From Lachnospiraceae bacterium (GTDB lineage: Bacteria > Bacillota > Clostridia > Lachnospirales > Lachnospiraceae), in the NCBI GenBank assembly GCA_016284355.1, contig JAEEOQ010000099.1, positions 181-64,180 of the forward strand: DNA of 64,000 bases, read 5' to 3'. Below the pieces are notes generated by a model. The model was not told the DNA's origin. It worked only from the letters and a program-made list of their open reading frames with translations, and ran no database searches. Shown piece after piece: positions 41,075 to 51,706 of the stretch. The stretch's first letter is position 1, and each line of letters begins with the position of its first letter. A program made the translations under genes and the position numbers.

Positions 41075-42598
41075 ATGAAGGTAGTTATTGTTGAAGATGA
41101 AATAAGAATTAGAGAGGGCATCGAAAAGCTGTTATCAAAGCTGGAGGAAGACTACGTTGTATGTGGAGTGGCAGAAGACGGAGAAAGCGGTCTAAAGATA
41201 ATCCGGGAGACAAAGCCGGATATCGTAATAACAGATATCAGGATGCCTGTTATGGACGGTCTTGAGATGCTTAAGGCACTCTCAGAAGGTGGCATAAAGA
41301 CAAAAGCGGTGGTACTTAGCGCATACTCCGAATTTGATTATGCGCGTACAGCCATGAAACTCGGCGTTACGGAATATATCTTAAAGCCCGTCTCTCTTAC
41401 CGACTTTGCCCAGGCTATGAGCCATGTTCGCGAGCAGGTTCTTATTGAAAAGAGCCGCAAGCCGGCAGAAGTCGGCACTATCGATCAGATAATAAGAGAT
41501 GCCATAGACGGCCGCTTTACGCTTAACGACAAAGTAGCTGAATATCTGAATGACAACTACGGCATAAAAGCAGATGGGGACTTTATCCTCATTACCGCTT
41601 ATCTTGGCAAAACCTTTGAAAAAGACAGCAAACGGGCATTTTCGGTTATAAAGCACATTCTGTCCCTTGAAAAAGATATCGCCTATGTGGCAGAAGAAAT
41701 AACCTACCGAAAGTCCATCGTTATCCTCGTATATAAGTGGGGCGACAAAAAAGACCTGCGCCACTTCTTCCAAAACAGCATCCTTGCCTCAAACGAGGTC
41801 AGTATGGCTGTGGGATGGGTTGAATGCAGCGGTCTTGACGGCATACACGAAAAATACGATCTTTTAAATTCTTATATGGACTGGAATATCGCCTTCGGGA
41901 AAAACGTGCTTATTACCTACCCGAATATAACAGGTGTTAAAACCGATTCCTGCATTTACCCGGCTGAGCTTGAGGTCGCTATGCGAAGTGCCATATGCTC
42001 TTTTGACGAAGCAAAGATAAAAAAGACTGTAAGCGCCTTCCACAGTACCTTCAGAAACGGCAAAGTCTATATTCCAAAAGAAATAAAGGAATGTTACGTA
42101 AGGTTCATGTGGATGATGATCGGCGTTGCAAAAGAGGTCGGCGCCCTTAAGGAAGATGCGGTGGATCAGCAAAAGATCCTTACGGGCATCATGGATTCCA
42201 AGCTTACGGAAGAACTTGATAATGAGGTGGAAAACCTTATCTCAAACATCCGATTTAAGGAAGATGAATATGCCGATGTGCATCTGGCGGTAAAAAAAGC
42301 CATCAGTATGGTCCAGGAATTCTACGGAACCGGCATCACCCTCGAGGAAATAAGCCGCAAGCTTTCCCTTACCCCCGAGTATCTTGGTATGCTCTTCCAC
42401 AAAGAAACAGGCCGGCAGTTTAGCACATACATAAAGAATTACAGGGTTGAAAAAGCAAAGCAGCTGATCTGCGGTACAAACATGAAGCTTTACGAAATAT
42501 CCGCAAAGGTTGGCTACGCAGACCCGAAATACTTTGGAAAAGTCTTTAAAGAGGCAACAGGAATGCTTCCAACGGACTACAGAAAAAAAATGAAATAA
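41075..42598 (+). CDS. Response regulator with AraC-type HTH output (YesN-like)
   Basis: REC domain (MKVVIVEDE ... DIVITDIRMPVMDG ... KP) and a C-terminal AraC HTH (YADPKYFGKVFKEATGMLPTDYR). Confidence 0.9.
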   Translation: MKVVIVEDEIRIREGIEKLLSKLEEDYVVCGVAEDGESGLKIIRETKPDIVITDIRMPVMDGLEMLKALSEGGIKTKAVVLSAYSEFDYARTAMKLGVTEYILKPVSLTDFAQAMSHVREQVLIEKSRKPAEVGTIDQIIRDAIDGRFTLNDKVAEYLNDNYGIKADGDFILITAYLGKTFEKDSKRAFSVIKHILSLEKDIAYVAEEITYRKSIVILVYKWGDKKDLRHFFQNSILASNEVSMAVGWVECSGLDGIHEKYDLLNSYMDWNIAFGKNVLITYPNITGVKTDSCIYPAELEVAMRSAICSFDEAKIKKTVSAFHSTFRNGKVYIPKEIKECYVRFMWMMIGVAKEVGALKEDAVDQQKILTGIMDSKLTEELDNEVENLISNIRFKEDEYADVHLAVKKAISMVQEFYGTGITLEEISRKLSLTPEYLGMLFHKETGRQFSTYIKNYRVEKAKQLICGTNMKLYEISAKVGYADPKYFGKVFKEATGMLPTDYRKKMK

Positions 42599-42697
42599 AA
42601 TGAGTTTTGATTACTCCCCCTTTTTTTGGTTTTTTCCCATATCTTACCCGGCAGATCCGTTATAAGATAAGGACGAGAAAAAAGGAGGAGTTTTTTC

Positions 42698-43606
42698 ATG
42701 AAGAAAGTCAAAAGATTTTTCAGGCACGACAATGCAGGGCTGCTTTTTGTTTTACCGGCAGTCATCTATATGCTGGTATTTGTGGGCTACCCTATACTTA
42801 GCAACATCTTTTTGAGTTTTCAAAACGTTACCGTAAACAACCTTGTAAGAGGGGAGAAAAAGTTCATAGGGCTTGGCAATTACAAGGTACTGTTTAAAGA
42901 TGCAGTCTTTATTAAATCCCTTACAAATACTGTATTTTTTACGGTCAGCTGTCTTGTGATACAGTTTATTATCGGTTTTGCGCTGGCACTTTTCTTTAAC
43001 AAGAAGTTTACCTTTTCAAAGCCTGTTCGCGGGATCCTCATGATCCCATGGATGATGCCCATGACTGTTACCGCCCTGATCTTTAAGTTTATGTTCCAGT
43101 CAAAGGTGGGTATCTTAAACTATATCCTTATGAACCTGGGGCTTATTTCAGAAAATATAGACTGGCTTACCAAGCCTCATACCGCCATGTTTGCGGTTAT
43201 CGCCACCAATATCTGGATCGGCATCCCCTTTAATATGATCCTTATTTCCACGGGACTTACCTCAATCCCGGAAGAACTTTATGAAAGCGCGGCAATTGAC
43301 GGAGCAGGAAGCTTTAAAAAATTTACAAAGATCACTCTCCCTCTTATGCGCTCCACCATCGAGTCTATACTTGTACTTGGTTTTATTTACACCTTTAAGG
43401 TTTATGACCTTGTATACGTTATGACTTCAGGAGGACCTGTTAATTCCACTCACCTGCTTTCAACCTACTCCTACAAGCTCTCCTTTGACAATTTTGAGTA
43501 CAGCTTAGGCTCATCTGTTGCAAATGTGCTCCTTGTCATACTTCTGCTTGTGGGTATCTTATATCTTAAGATCACTATGAAGGGGGAAGAGAAAAATGAA
43601 CAGTGA
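42698..43606 (+). CDS. Carbohydrate ABC transporter permease (MalF/UgpA-like)
   Basis: Six TM segments and an EAA loop (ESAAIDGAGSFKKFTKITLPLM). Confidence 0.9.
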   Translation: MKKVKRFFRHDNAGLLFVLPAVIYMLVFVGYPILSNIFLSFQNVTVNNLVRGEKKFIGLGNYKVLFKDAVFIKSLTNTVFFTVSCLVIQFIIGFALALFFNKKFTFSKPVRGILMIPWMMPMTVTALIFKFMFQSKVGILNYILMNLGLISENIDWLTKPHTAMFAVIATNIWIGIPFNMILISTGLTSIPEELYESAAIDGAGSFKKFTKITLPLMRSTIESILVLGFIYTFKVYDLVYVMTSGGPVNSTHLLSTYSYKLSFDNFEYSLGSSVANVLLVILLLVGILYLKITMKGEEKNEQ

Positions 43607-44441
43607 GAAAATGAAAATACCACAAAATATATTATTTAACATTCTTTCCATAATTGTAGCTTTTCTCCTTTTGTTTCCGGTATTCTGGATGCTCATCACT
43701 TCTTTTAAAACTGAAGTGGAGATCTTCCGGATACCGCCGACATTTTATCCGCATGTGTTAAACCTTAAGTCCTATGCGGCTCAGGTTGAGACCGGCGATT
43801 TTAATATGTTTAAATCCTTTGGAAACAGCTTTGTTATCTCAACAGGTGCAATGCTGATCGCAGTACTCCTTGCGGTACCTGCCTCCTACGCCATAGCAAA
43901 GTACAGATTTGCAGGCAGAAAAGCAGTGCTCCTTGGATTTCTTGTAAGCCAGATGCTTCCAGTGTCTGTACTGCTTACACCAATGTTTATAATGTTTAAG
44001 CATTTTCATGTTTACAACACCTGGTTTTCAGCCATTCTTGCCGATGCCACCATCGGTATCCCGTTTTCGGTTCTTATTTTGAAGAACTATTTTGCGGCCA
44101 TACCAAAGGCTCTTGAGGAAGCGGCATATATTGACGGCTGTAACAGGTTCGGGGCATTTATGCGGGTTCTTGTGCCCGTAGCCAAACCCGGCGTAGTAGT
44201 CTGCGCCATCTTCTCTTTCCTGTATGCCTGGGGAGACCTGGCCTACGGAATGACTTTTATCATCAATCAGCAGAAACGACCTATCACAGCGGGGATCTTT
44301 AATTTTATGGGGCAGTACGGAACAAAGTGGAGCTATTTGTCGGCCTTTGCCATAGTTACCATCATTCCGGTGGCGATAATCTTTATCTTTATGCAAAAAT
44401 ATATTATCGCCGGCATGACAAACGGCGCTGTAAAGGGGTGA
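43596..44441 (+). CDS. Carbohydrate ABC transporter permease (MalG/UgpE-like)
   Basis: EAA loop (EAAYIDGCNRFGAFMRVLVPV). It overlaps the preceding permease gene. Confidence 0.9.
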   Translation: MNSEKMKIPQNILFNILSIIVAFLLLFPVFWMLITSFKTEVEIFRIPPTFYPHVLNLKSYAAQVETGDFNMFKSFGNSFVISTGAMLIAVLLAVPASYAIAKYRFAGRKAVLLGFLVSQMLPVSVLLTPMFIMFKHFHVYNTWFSAILADATIGIPFSVLILKNYFAAIPKALEEAAYIDGCNRFGAFMRVLVPVAKPGVVVCAIFSFLYAWGDLAYGMTFIINQQKRPITAGIFNFMGQYGTKWSYLSAFAIVTIIPVAIIFIFMQKYIIAGMTNGAVKG

Positions 44442-44540
44442 AAATAAGGGCTTCCGGAAGGTTTTCTTCCGGAAGTTCTTATTGATTTTGGGGCTTAAAT
44501 TCATTAAGATAGAGATTAGAAATGTACCCGGGGTGAGCAA

Positions 44541-46325
44541 ATGAAAAAGTATTCTTTAAAGGAACTGCTTGTCTTTTATTTTGGCATAATCGTTGCCACT
44601 ATAATCCTGATCATCAGTTTCTATATGTCATATAAGGTTATTTCCGCCATAAATAAAAATACAAAAAGCCTTACCGCCATCAACATGAAGGAGGCAGATG
44701 ATATCCTCAGTATCAGGCTCGAGGAATACGAAGACCTTCTTTATCAGCTTTACACCAGCGAAGATATGGTGGAATGGGCAGTCAATATGAATGAGGGCCT
44801 TGATACCGCCGTTACCACAAGCAAGCTAAGGCGCTATCTTAGCAGCGTGCTTAACTCAAAGGACTACATAAGGTCTATTTCCGTTCTTTTTAAAGGCGGT
44901 ACCATCATTACATACGATCAGCTTACTCCCGCCACATACGAAAACACCTGGATAGACAACTTCAGCATGACCTTTGACGAGTTCTATGCGGATGTAAACA
45001 AAGATAACAAATATCACATCTACTCAACGGAATTTGGCAACAACTTTGCAAATAAAGACAACTATCTTTTCCATATAGCCCACAGGATCACCAATTACAA
45101 AAGAGTGGGCGAAGAATATGGCATCATTATCGTAAGTATCGATGAGGCTCTTCTTGAGGCCGTACTTGATTCTGTTAAAAATGAGAGCGAAAGCGTTGTT
45201 TTCCTTGTAGGAAAGGAAGGCCGGGTTATCAGCGATAATGACAAAAGCCACATTAACGTAAGCGTTTTTGACACCACTCCTACCCAGGAGGAAAAGCTTG
45301 GCATTTACCAGCGCTATATTGAAAAGACCTATGACAAGCGCATCTCTAACCGTAAGTTCTACCTGTTTTCAAATATGGAGTACGGCTGGGATATCGTCTA
45401 CATTTATGATGATAGCGAATACATGTCCTCCGTAAGTGAAAATGTGGTTCATCTTTTCCTTATCAGCGTTGTGCTGCTTATCTTATCTATCTACGGTGTA
45501 TTTAAGATATCCGGCATGCTTACAAAGGACATAGGTCTTGTTGTTGACGGAATGCAAAAAACCAACGAGGCGGGTATTCCCCTTAAGATCGAGGATGCTC
45601 CCACTGCCCTTGAAGATGTTAAGCTTATAAGTACCCAGTACAACGATACCCTTGACAGGCTTTACGAGGCTATGGAAAAGGAGCGACGGGAAGAAGAGAA
45701 CACGCGAAACGCCGAGCTTAAGATGCTTGAGGCTCAGATCAACCCCCACTTTATCTACAATACCCTTGATACCATAAACTGGATGGCTATAGATAAAGAT
45801 GAATACGACATAAGCAACGCTATAAATACCCTTGCCATCATCTTAAGGTACGCCATAAGCAACAGAAATCAGATAGTTACCATTAAAGACGAGATCGACT
45901 GGTTAAAAAAATACGTATATCTTCAGCAGTTCAGACTTAAGAACAAGTTTGTCTGCAACATAAATGCCGACAACGACCTTTACGATATTAAGATACATAA
46001 GATGATGATCCAGCCTTTTGTTGAAAATGCCGTTATTCACGGTTTTAACGCCAAAAGAGATGAATACAGACTAAGAGTGGGCATTTATTCTGCGGATGAC
46101 AGGATCTTTATTGAGGTTGAGGATAATGGCAAAGGCCTTTCAAAGGATATGACCGATGTCATAAACGCCGGCGACCCGGAAACCATAAAAGAAAAAGTTG
46201 GCGTTGGCATGTATAATGCCATTACAAGACTTAATATGTACTCCGGCGGCAGCGCAAATATCAGTATTGAAAGCAGGGAAGATGCCGGAACCACCGTAAA
46301 AATAAGCATTCCGAGAATAGATTAG
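44541..46325 (+). CDS. Sensor histidine kinase (YesM-like, His_kinase/HATPase_c)
   Basis: Two TM segments flank an extracellular domain. Phospho-acceptor region (QINPHFIYNTL) and ATPase motifs (VEDNGKGL, GVGMYN). Confidence 0.9.
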   Translation: MKKYSLKELLVFYFGIIVATIILIISFYMSYKVISAINKNTKSLTAINMKEADDILSIRLEEYEDLLYQLYTSEDMVEWAVNMNEGLDTAVTTSKLRRYLSSVLNSKDYIRSISVLFKGGTIITYDQLTPATYENTWIDNFSMTFDEFYADVNKDNKYHIYSTEFGNNFANKDNYLFHIAHRITNYKRVGEEYGIIIVSIDEALLEAVLDSVKNESESVVFLVGKEGRVISDNDKSHINVSVFDTTPTQEEKLGIYQRYIEKTYDKRISNRKFYLFSNMEYGWDIVYIYDDSEYMSSVSENVVHLFLISVVLLILSIYGVFKISGMLTKDIGLVVDGMQKTNEAGIPLKIEDAPTALEDVKLISTQYNDTLDRLYEAMEKERREEENTRNAELKMLEAQINPHFIYNTLDTINWMAIDKDEYDISNAINTLAIILRYAISNRNQIVTIKDEIDWLKKYVYLQQFRLKNKFVCNINADNDLYDIKIHKMMIQPFVENAVIHGFNAKRDEYRLRVGIYSADDRIFIEVEDNGKGLSKDMTDVINAGDPETIKEKVGVGMYNAITRLNMYSGGSANISIESREDAGTTVKISIPRID

Positions 46326-46432
46326 TTTTCTCCCCCTTTTTTTAGAATTGTAGAGTATGTCATTTTAAGTTCCGCTTATATAATTAAGCTACAGTTCAGA
46401 AAAGAAAGGAACTGAAAAAGGAGGATAAAATA

Positions 46433-47704
46433 ATGAAAAAATTACTTGCAGTTGTACTTGCCATCTGTATGCTTGGCACAGTACTGGCAGGCTGCGGAGA
46501 AAAAGGCAGCGATCTTACGGAAGATGTAACACCTTCTTCATCTGCACAGGTTTCCTCAAGCGGGGATCAGGCAAATGCCACCGGCGCAAAGGGTGACGTA
46601 ACAATCTGGTATTACTGGGAGACAGAAGGCCATCAGAAGGCACTTGACCACATTATCGAGGAGTTCAACAACTCACAGAGCGATATCAAAGTTGGAGCCA
46701 AGTACGTACCTTTCGCAGATTTTAAGAAACAGCTCTCTATCGGCGCTGCAGCAGACGAGCTTCCGGATCTTGTTATCCTTGACAATCCGGATCACGCTTC
46801 TTACGCAGCCATGGGAATTTTTGCAGACATTACGGGTAAATTTGATGTAAGTACTTATTATCCGGGTCCTGTTAACTCATGTACTCTTAACGGAAAGCTC
46901 TACGGTGTTCCTTTTGGAAGCAACGACCTTGTACTTTTCTATAATGAGGACATGTTAAAGGCTGCAGGCCAGACCGTTCCTACAACCTGGGATGAACTTC
47001 TTACCGTTGCAAAAGCCTGTACAACCGATACTGTTTCAGGTTTTGCTCATTGCTCACTTCAAAATGAAGAGGGAACCTTCAACTTCCTTCCTTGGGTATG
47101 GTCTACAGGCGCTACTGCTTACGAGATCAATTCAGAAGGCGGTATAAAGGCTCTTACTCAGGTAAAGAAAATGGTAGATGAAGGCGCCATGACACTTGAG
47201 GCTATCAACTGGACACAGGGAGACACCATGAATCAGTTTGCTTCAGGCAACCTTGCAATGATGATCAACGGAACATGGCAGATACCAACCATGCGCGAGA
47301 TGAACCTTCCATTTGGCTGGAACGTGGCTTCTATACCACAGGATAAATATCAGGCTTCAGGTCTTGGCGGCGAGAACTATGCAGTTATCGCAGGAGGCAA
47401 TGAGAACGCTGCCGTTAAGTTCCTTGAGTTTGCAACAAGCCGCGACACATGCCTTTATATGATGAACGCCATGGGCTACATCTCCTCTGACTCAACCATC
47501 GCAGAGGGACAGTTTGACGGCGATCCTATCTACCAGGTATTCGTAGATGAAATGCAGTATGCAAATGCAAGAGGTCCGCTTCCTGAGTGGCCACAGATCT
47601 CAGATGCCATCTCACTTGCATTTAACGAAGTAATGACAGGCGGTGATCCTGCAGAGGCTGCAGCCAAAGCACAGGCAACCATCGATTCCATAATTAAAAA
47701 ATAA
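46433..47704 (+). CDS. Sugar ABC transporter substrate-binding lipoprotein
   Basis: Lipobox (LAGCGE) followed by a family-1 solute-binding-protein-like sequence. Confidence 0.9.
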   Translation: MKKLLAVVLAICMLGTVLAGCGEKGSDLTEDVTPSSSAQVSSSGDQANATGAKGDVTIWYYWETEGHQKALDHIIEEFNNSQSDIKVGAKYVPFADFKKQLSIGAAADELPDLVILDNPDHASYAAMGIFADITGKFDVSTYYPGPVNSCTLNGKLYGVPFGSNDLVLFYNEDMLKAAGQTVPTTWDELLTVAKACTTDTVSGFAHCSLQNEEGTFNFLPWVWSTGATAYEINSEGGIKALTQVKKMVDEGAMTLEAINWTQGDTMNQFASGNLAMMINGTWQIPTMREMNLPFGWNVASIPQDKYQASGLGGENYAVIAGGNENAAVKFLEFATSRDTCLYMMNAMGYISSDSTIAEGQFDGDPIYQVFVDEMQYANARGPLPEWPQISDAISLAFNEVMTGGDPAEAAAKAQATIDSIIKK

Positions 47705-47721
47705 CATAATTTGGACCATTT

Positions 47722-47745
47722 GGGGGGCTTTGTCCCCCCTTTGGC
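47722..47745 (+). terminator. Weak hairpin (GGGGGG-CTTTGT-CCCCCC + TTT) after the SBP gene; possible partial terminator
   Basis: A 6-bp G/C stem with a short T-run, lying between the SBP gene and the GH127 gene. Confidence 0.35.
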
Positions 47746-47771
47746 CATCTTTTCTACCGGGGGAATGTGAA

Positions 47772-49715
47772 ATGGAAAAAAATATTACTCTTACAGACAG
47801 ATTCTGGGGCAGGTACAGGGAACTTGTCCGCACTGAGATGATCCCTTATCAGTGGAAAGTCTTAAGTGATTCCATTGACATCAATATCGAAAAAGAGAGG
47901 GATGATGACTACATCCCAAACGAAAAAAGCCATGCCATCGAAAATTTCAAGATTGCAGCAGGAAGGTCTAAAGGCCATCACTACGGCTGGATGTTCCAGG
48001 ACAGCGATGTTTATAAATGGCTTGAAGCTGTGGCTTATTCATTGGCAGATAAATACGATGAGGAACTTAAAAACCTTGCTGACTCTGTAGTCACGCTTAT
48101 AGGAGAGGCTCAGGAGCCTGACGGCTATCTTTCCACTTTCTTTACCATCGAGGCTCCAAAAAGAAAATTCCTGCAGCTTGGTGAAAGCCATGAACTCTAC
48201 TGTATGGGACATTTTCTTGAGGCGGGAGCAGCTTATTACAATGTAACGAAAAGTCAGGCGGTTTTTGAGATTTCTGAAAAGCTTGTAAACTGCCTTTTTG
48301 AATATTTTGGCTTTGAAGAGGGAAAACATGCCATAGCAGATGGTCATGAAGAAATAGAGATCGGTCTGGCAAAGTGGTATGAGGCCACAGGCAATATGAA
48401 AGCTCTTACTCTTGCCAAGTTTTTCCTTGATGTAAGAGGTCTTGACCCGCTTGTATACGATAAACAGCGAAAGGACCCTGCTTATCACGGTGATCCAAGC
48501 GGTATGGCAAGGCTTCCTAAAAAGTATTACCAGATACATAAACCGGTAAATGAGCAGGATACGGCAGAAGGTCATGCAGTGCGAATGCTGTATCTTGCTA
48601 CGGCTATGGCTGATGTGGCGGCAAAAACCGGCGACAATGCACGTTTTGAGGCCTGCAAAAAGATCTGGCGCAATATTGTTGATACAAAGATGTTTATAAC
48701 CGGCGGTGTCGGCTCTACGGTACACGGCGAGTCATTCACCTTTGAATACGACCTTCCAAATGATACCATGTACTGTGAGACCTGTGCATCTGTAGCCCTT
48801 ACCTTCTTTGCAAGGAAGATGCTTGAAAATGAGATAGACTCCGAGTACGCAGACATCATGGAAACAGCCCTTTATAATACAGCTATAGCAGGTATGGCCC
48901 TTGACGGAAAGCATTTCTTTTACGTTAATCCTCTTGAGGTAAACCCTGTGGCAAGCAGACTTGACCCCGGTAAGAGTCACGTAAAAGCTGTAAGACCTTC
49001 ATGGCTTGGATGCGCCTGCTGCCCTCCAAACCTTGCAAGGCTTGTTACTTCTGTTGAAAACTATATATATACCAAAAAAGAAGACAGACTATATGTAAAC
49101 CTCTTTATTGGCAACACCGCAGAATTTAATATATGCGGAAACCCGGTAAGCCTTGAGATAAAAACAGGTTACCCCTGGAGCGGCGACGTAACCATCACCG
49201 TAAACAATGCAGGTAACAGCAATGCTTCTCTTGGAGTAAGAGTACCGGGCTGGCACGAGGAAGTTACTTATACAATGGATAACAGCGAGATAACTCCTGA
49301 TACAGAAAAGGGCTATGCTGTTTTTGAAGCAAAGCCCGGGAAAACCACTATTGTCATGCGACTAGATATGATCCCTTGCAAATATACCGCAAATCCTAAG
49401 GTTTCTGCGGATGCGGGAAAGGTTGCCATAAAGCGCGGACCTCTTGTTTACTGCCTTGAAGGCGTAGATAACGGAGAGAACCTTGCAGGCATATATCTTG
49501 ATGACAGTACTTCTTTTGTTTGTTCTTACGAAAAAGAGGTGCTTGGGGGAGTATGTACCATAGAGTGCGACGGACTTCGGATAAAAGAAGAGACAGGACT
49601 ATATAAAAAATACACTCCTGCCTCATTTACAAAGCAACATCTTAAGTTTATCCCTTATTTTGCCTGGGCAAACAGGGGCGAAAACGAAATGAGAGTCTGG
49701 GTAAATCAAAAATAA
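47772..49715 (+). CDS. Glycoside hydrolase family 127 (beta-L-arabinofuranosidase-like, DUF1680)
   Basis: Family-typical cysteine motifs (YCETCASV and GCACCPPNLARL). I place the start at MEKNITL (ATG 47772). The track ORF begins earlier, inside the hairpin. Confidence 0.85.
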   Translation: MEKNITLTDRFWGRYRELVRTEMIPYQWKVLSDSIDINIEKERDDDYIPNEKSHAIENFKIAAGRSKGHHYGWMFQDSDVYKWLEAVAYSLADKYDEELKNLADSVVTLIGEAQEPDGYLSTFFTIEAPKRKFLQLGESHELYCMGHFLEAGAAYYNVTKSQAVFEISEKLVNCLFEYFGFEEGKHAIADGHEEIEIGLAKWYEATGNMKALTLAKFFLDVRGLDPLVYDKQRKDPAYHGDPSGMARLPKKYYQIHKPVNEQDTAEGHAVRMLYLATAMADVAAKTGDNARFEACKKIWRNIVDTKMFITGGVGSTVHGESFTFEYDLPNDTMYCETCASVALTFFARKMLENEIDSEYADIMETALYNTAIAGMALDGKHFFYVNPLEVNPVASRLDPGKSHVKAVRPSWLGCACCPPNLARLVTSVENYIYTKKEDRLYVNLFIGNTAEFNICGNPVSLEIKTGYPWSGDVTITVNNAGNSNASLGVRVPGWHEEVTYTMDNSEITPDTEKGYAVFEAKPGKTTIVMRLDMIPCKYTANPKVSADAGKVAIKRGPLVYCLEGVDNGENLAGIYLDDSTSFVCSYEKEVLGGVCTIECDGLRIKEETGLYKKYTPASFTKQHLKFIPYFAWANRGENEMRVWVNQK

Positions 49716-49719
49716 ATAA

Positions 49720-50526
49720 TTATTTGATCGCGTTATAAATATCTCTTATGTTTTCGCAATAATATGTAGGTGGAAACTCCGTAGTGGCAAGGTCTTCGTA
49801 CTTTGCTTCGCCTGTAAAGACCACTACGGTGTCTACCCCCGCATTTATACCGCAGGCAATATCCGTATAAAGCCTGTCTCCTATTACTACGGTTTCATCT
49901 TTGCTGTAACCAAATGTTGCCATAGCCACATCAGCCATAACGCTGTTTGGTTTGCCGATATATACCGGTTCTCTTTTTACGGCATTTACTATCATGCCGC
50001 ATATAGAGCCGCAATCAGGTACGTACCCAAAGCCCACAGGGCATACAAGGTCGGGATTTGTCGCAAGGAAAGGAAGGTTTCGCTCTAAGAGAAGCTTACA
50101 GGTAAGCACAAGCTTGCTGTAGGTAAGCTCGCTGTCATATGCCACAAGTACAGCATCTATGCCTTCCTCTTCTTTTTCCGTTACCCTGATCCCATTTGCC
50201 ACAAGCTCAGCTATAAAGCTCTTTGTTCCGCATACATAGATAAGCTTTCCTGCATACTTCTCTTTTAAGTAAAGGATAGTTGCACTTGTCGCGGTAAGAA
50301 AACTTGTGTTATCAACAGGGATCCCCATTTTCAGGAACTTATCCACATAATCCTTGTTGCTCTTTGTGGAATTGTTGGTTATAAATATGTATTTGCCACC
50401 GTTTTTACGTACTGCCTCGCAAAAATCGAGGGTTCCGTCAAAAGGGGTGGCATCAAAGGAAACTGTTCCGTCTATATCAAGAAGGAACAGTTTTTTGCTA
50501 CGTATATCGGATTTTAATCTTTCCAT
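49720..50526 (-). CDS. HAD-IIA family hydrolase (NagD-like sugar phosphatase)
   Basis: FLLDIDGTV motif I, FITNNS motif II, and GKP plus VVIGDRLYTDI motifs III/IV. Confidence 0.85.
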   Translation of the reverse strand: MERLKSDIRSKKLFLLDIDGTVSFDATPFDGTLDFCEAVRKNGGKYIFITNNSTKSNKDYVDKFLKMGIPVDNTSFLTATSATILYLKEKYAGKLIYVCGTKSFIAELVANGIRVTEKEEEGIDAVLVAYDSELTYSKLVLTCKLLLERNLPFLATNPDLVCPVGFGYVPDCGSICGMIVNAVKREPVYIGKPNSVMADVAMATFGYSKDETVVIGDRLYTDIACGINAGVDTVVVFTGEAKYEDLATTEFPPTYYCENIRDIYNAIK

Positions 50527-50528
50527 AA

Positions 50529-50921
50529 TTATTTTGCTAAATGTAGATCATTTTTGATCTTTGTAGTGGAAATGCCTTCGGTACGAGGAAGATATACAAC
50601 TTCGCAGTAATCTTTAAGGAAATCAAATTTGCCTTCCCAGTCGTTACCCATAACAAATACATCTACATTGTTGTCCTGTACATCTTTGATCTTCTGGTCC
50701 CAGGTAGTCTCAGGGATAACCTCATCAACATACTTGATGGCCTCAAGGATAGCCTTTCTGTCTTCAAAAGAATGATAAGCTTCTTTGTGCTTTCCAGCAT
50801 TAAACTCATCTGTGGAAACAGCTACGATAAGGTAATCGCCAAGAGCCTTTGCTCTTCTTAAAAGATTGATATGACCTATGTGAAGAAGGTCAAATGTTCC
50901 GTAAGTAATAACTTTTTTCAT
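50529..50921 (-). CDS. tagD: Glycerol-3-phosphate cytidylyltransferase
   Basis: Reads MKKVITYGTFDLLHIGHINLLRRAK, with HxGH and RTEGISTT motifs. Confidence 0.9.
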   Translation of the reverse strand: MKKVITYGTFDLLHIGHINLLRRAKALGDYLIVAVSTDEFNAGKHKEAYHSFEDRKAILEAIKYVDEVIPETTWDQKIKDVQDNNVDVFVMGNDWEGKFDFLKDYCEVVYLPRTEGISTTKIKNDLHLAK

Positions 50922-50948
50922 GATCTGATACCTCTTTATTTTGATTGA

Positions 50949-51692
50949 TTAATTTTCACTGATCTTGCTCTCATAGATGGCGATAACATCTTCCACATCG
51001 CCGCTTGCCACAAGGTGTCCCTGTTCAAGTAAAATAGCCTTGTTGCAGATATCTCTTACCTGATCTATGGAGTGAGATACGAAAAGAACAGTAACGTTCT
51101 TATCTATCATTGATTTGATCTTTTTTTCGCTCTTTTTTCGAAACTTCGCATCGCCTACCGAAAGTACCTCATCGAGAATGAGGATATCAGGCTCTACTAT
51201 GGTTGCGATAGAAAAACCAAGTCTTGATTTCATACCTGAAGAATAATTCTTTACAGGTACATTTATAAAGTCTCCAAGTTCAGAAAACTTAACTATCTCT
51301 TTGTATTTTTCTTCGATAAAGCTCTTTGAATAACCAAGCATAGCGCCGTACAGGTAGATATTTTCAGCGCCGGTGTACTGCTTGTCAAAACCTGCTCCAA
51401 GCTCGAGGAGAGGAACAATAACGCCTTTAGTGGTGATCTTGCCTTCTGTAGGCTTAAGAACACCTGCCACGCATTTTAATAGGGTACTTTTTCCTGCTCC
51501 GTTAAGACCAAGTATACCTACTCTGTCGCCCTTTTTTACCTCAAAGGTAACGTCTTTGAGCGCCCAGAATTCCTTATACATAAGCTGTCTTTTAAGGAAC
51601 TTTATCACATAATCTTTCAGGTCGTCGACCTTTTCGGAAGCAAGATTGAACTTCATTCCGACATGGTCAACGCTAAGTACTGTCTTACTCAT
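50949..51692 (-). CDS. tagH: Teichoic acid/polysaccharide export ABC transporter ATP-binding protein
   Basis: Walker A (GLNGAGKST), signature (YSSGMKSRL) and Walker B (ILILDE). Paired with an ABC-2 permease. Confidence 0.85.
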   Translation of the reverse strand: MSKTVLSVDHVGMKFNLASEKVDDLKDYVIKFLKRQLMYKEFWALKDVTFEVKKGDRVGILGLNGAGKSTLLKCVAGVLKPTEGKITTKGVIVPLLELGAGFDKQYTGAENIYLYGAMLGYSKSFIEEKYKEIVKFSELGDFINVPVKNYSSGMKSRLGFSIATIVEPDILILDEVLSVGDAKFRKKSEKKIKSMIDKNVTVLFVSHSIDQVRDICNKAILLEQGHLVASGDVEDVIAIYESKISEN

Positions 51693-51706
51693 TTTGCCTC
51701 CGAAAC

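Noticed and set aside
48039-48725. A 228-aa minus-strand ORF inside the GH127 gene
   Set aside because: The plus-strand frame carries GH127 family motifs and continues for 648 codons. The antisense ORF has no recognisable features.
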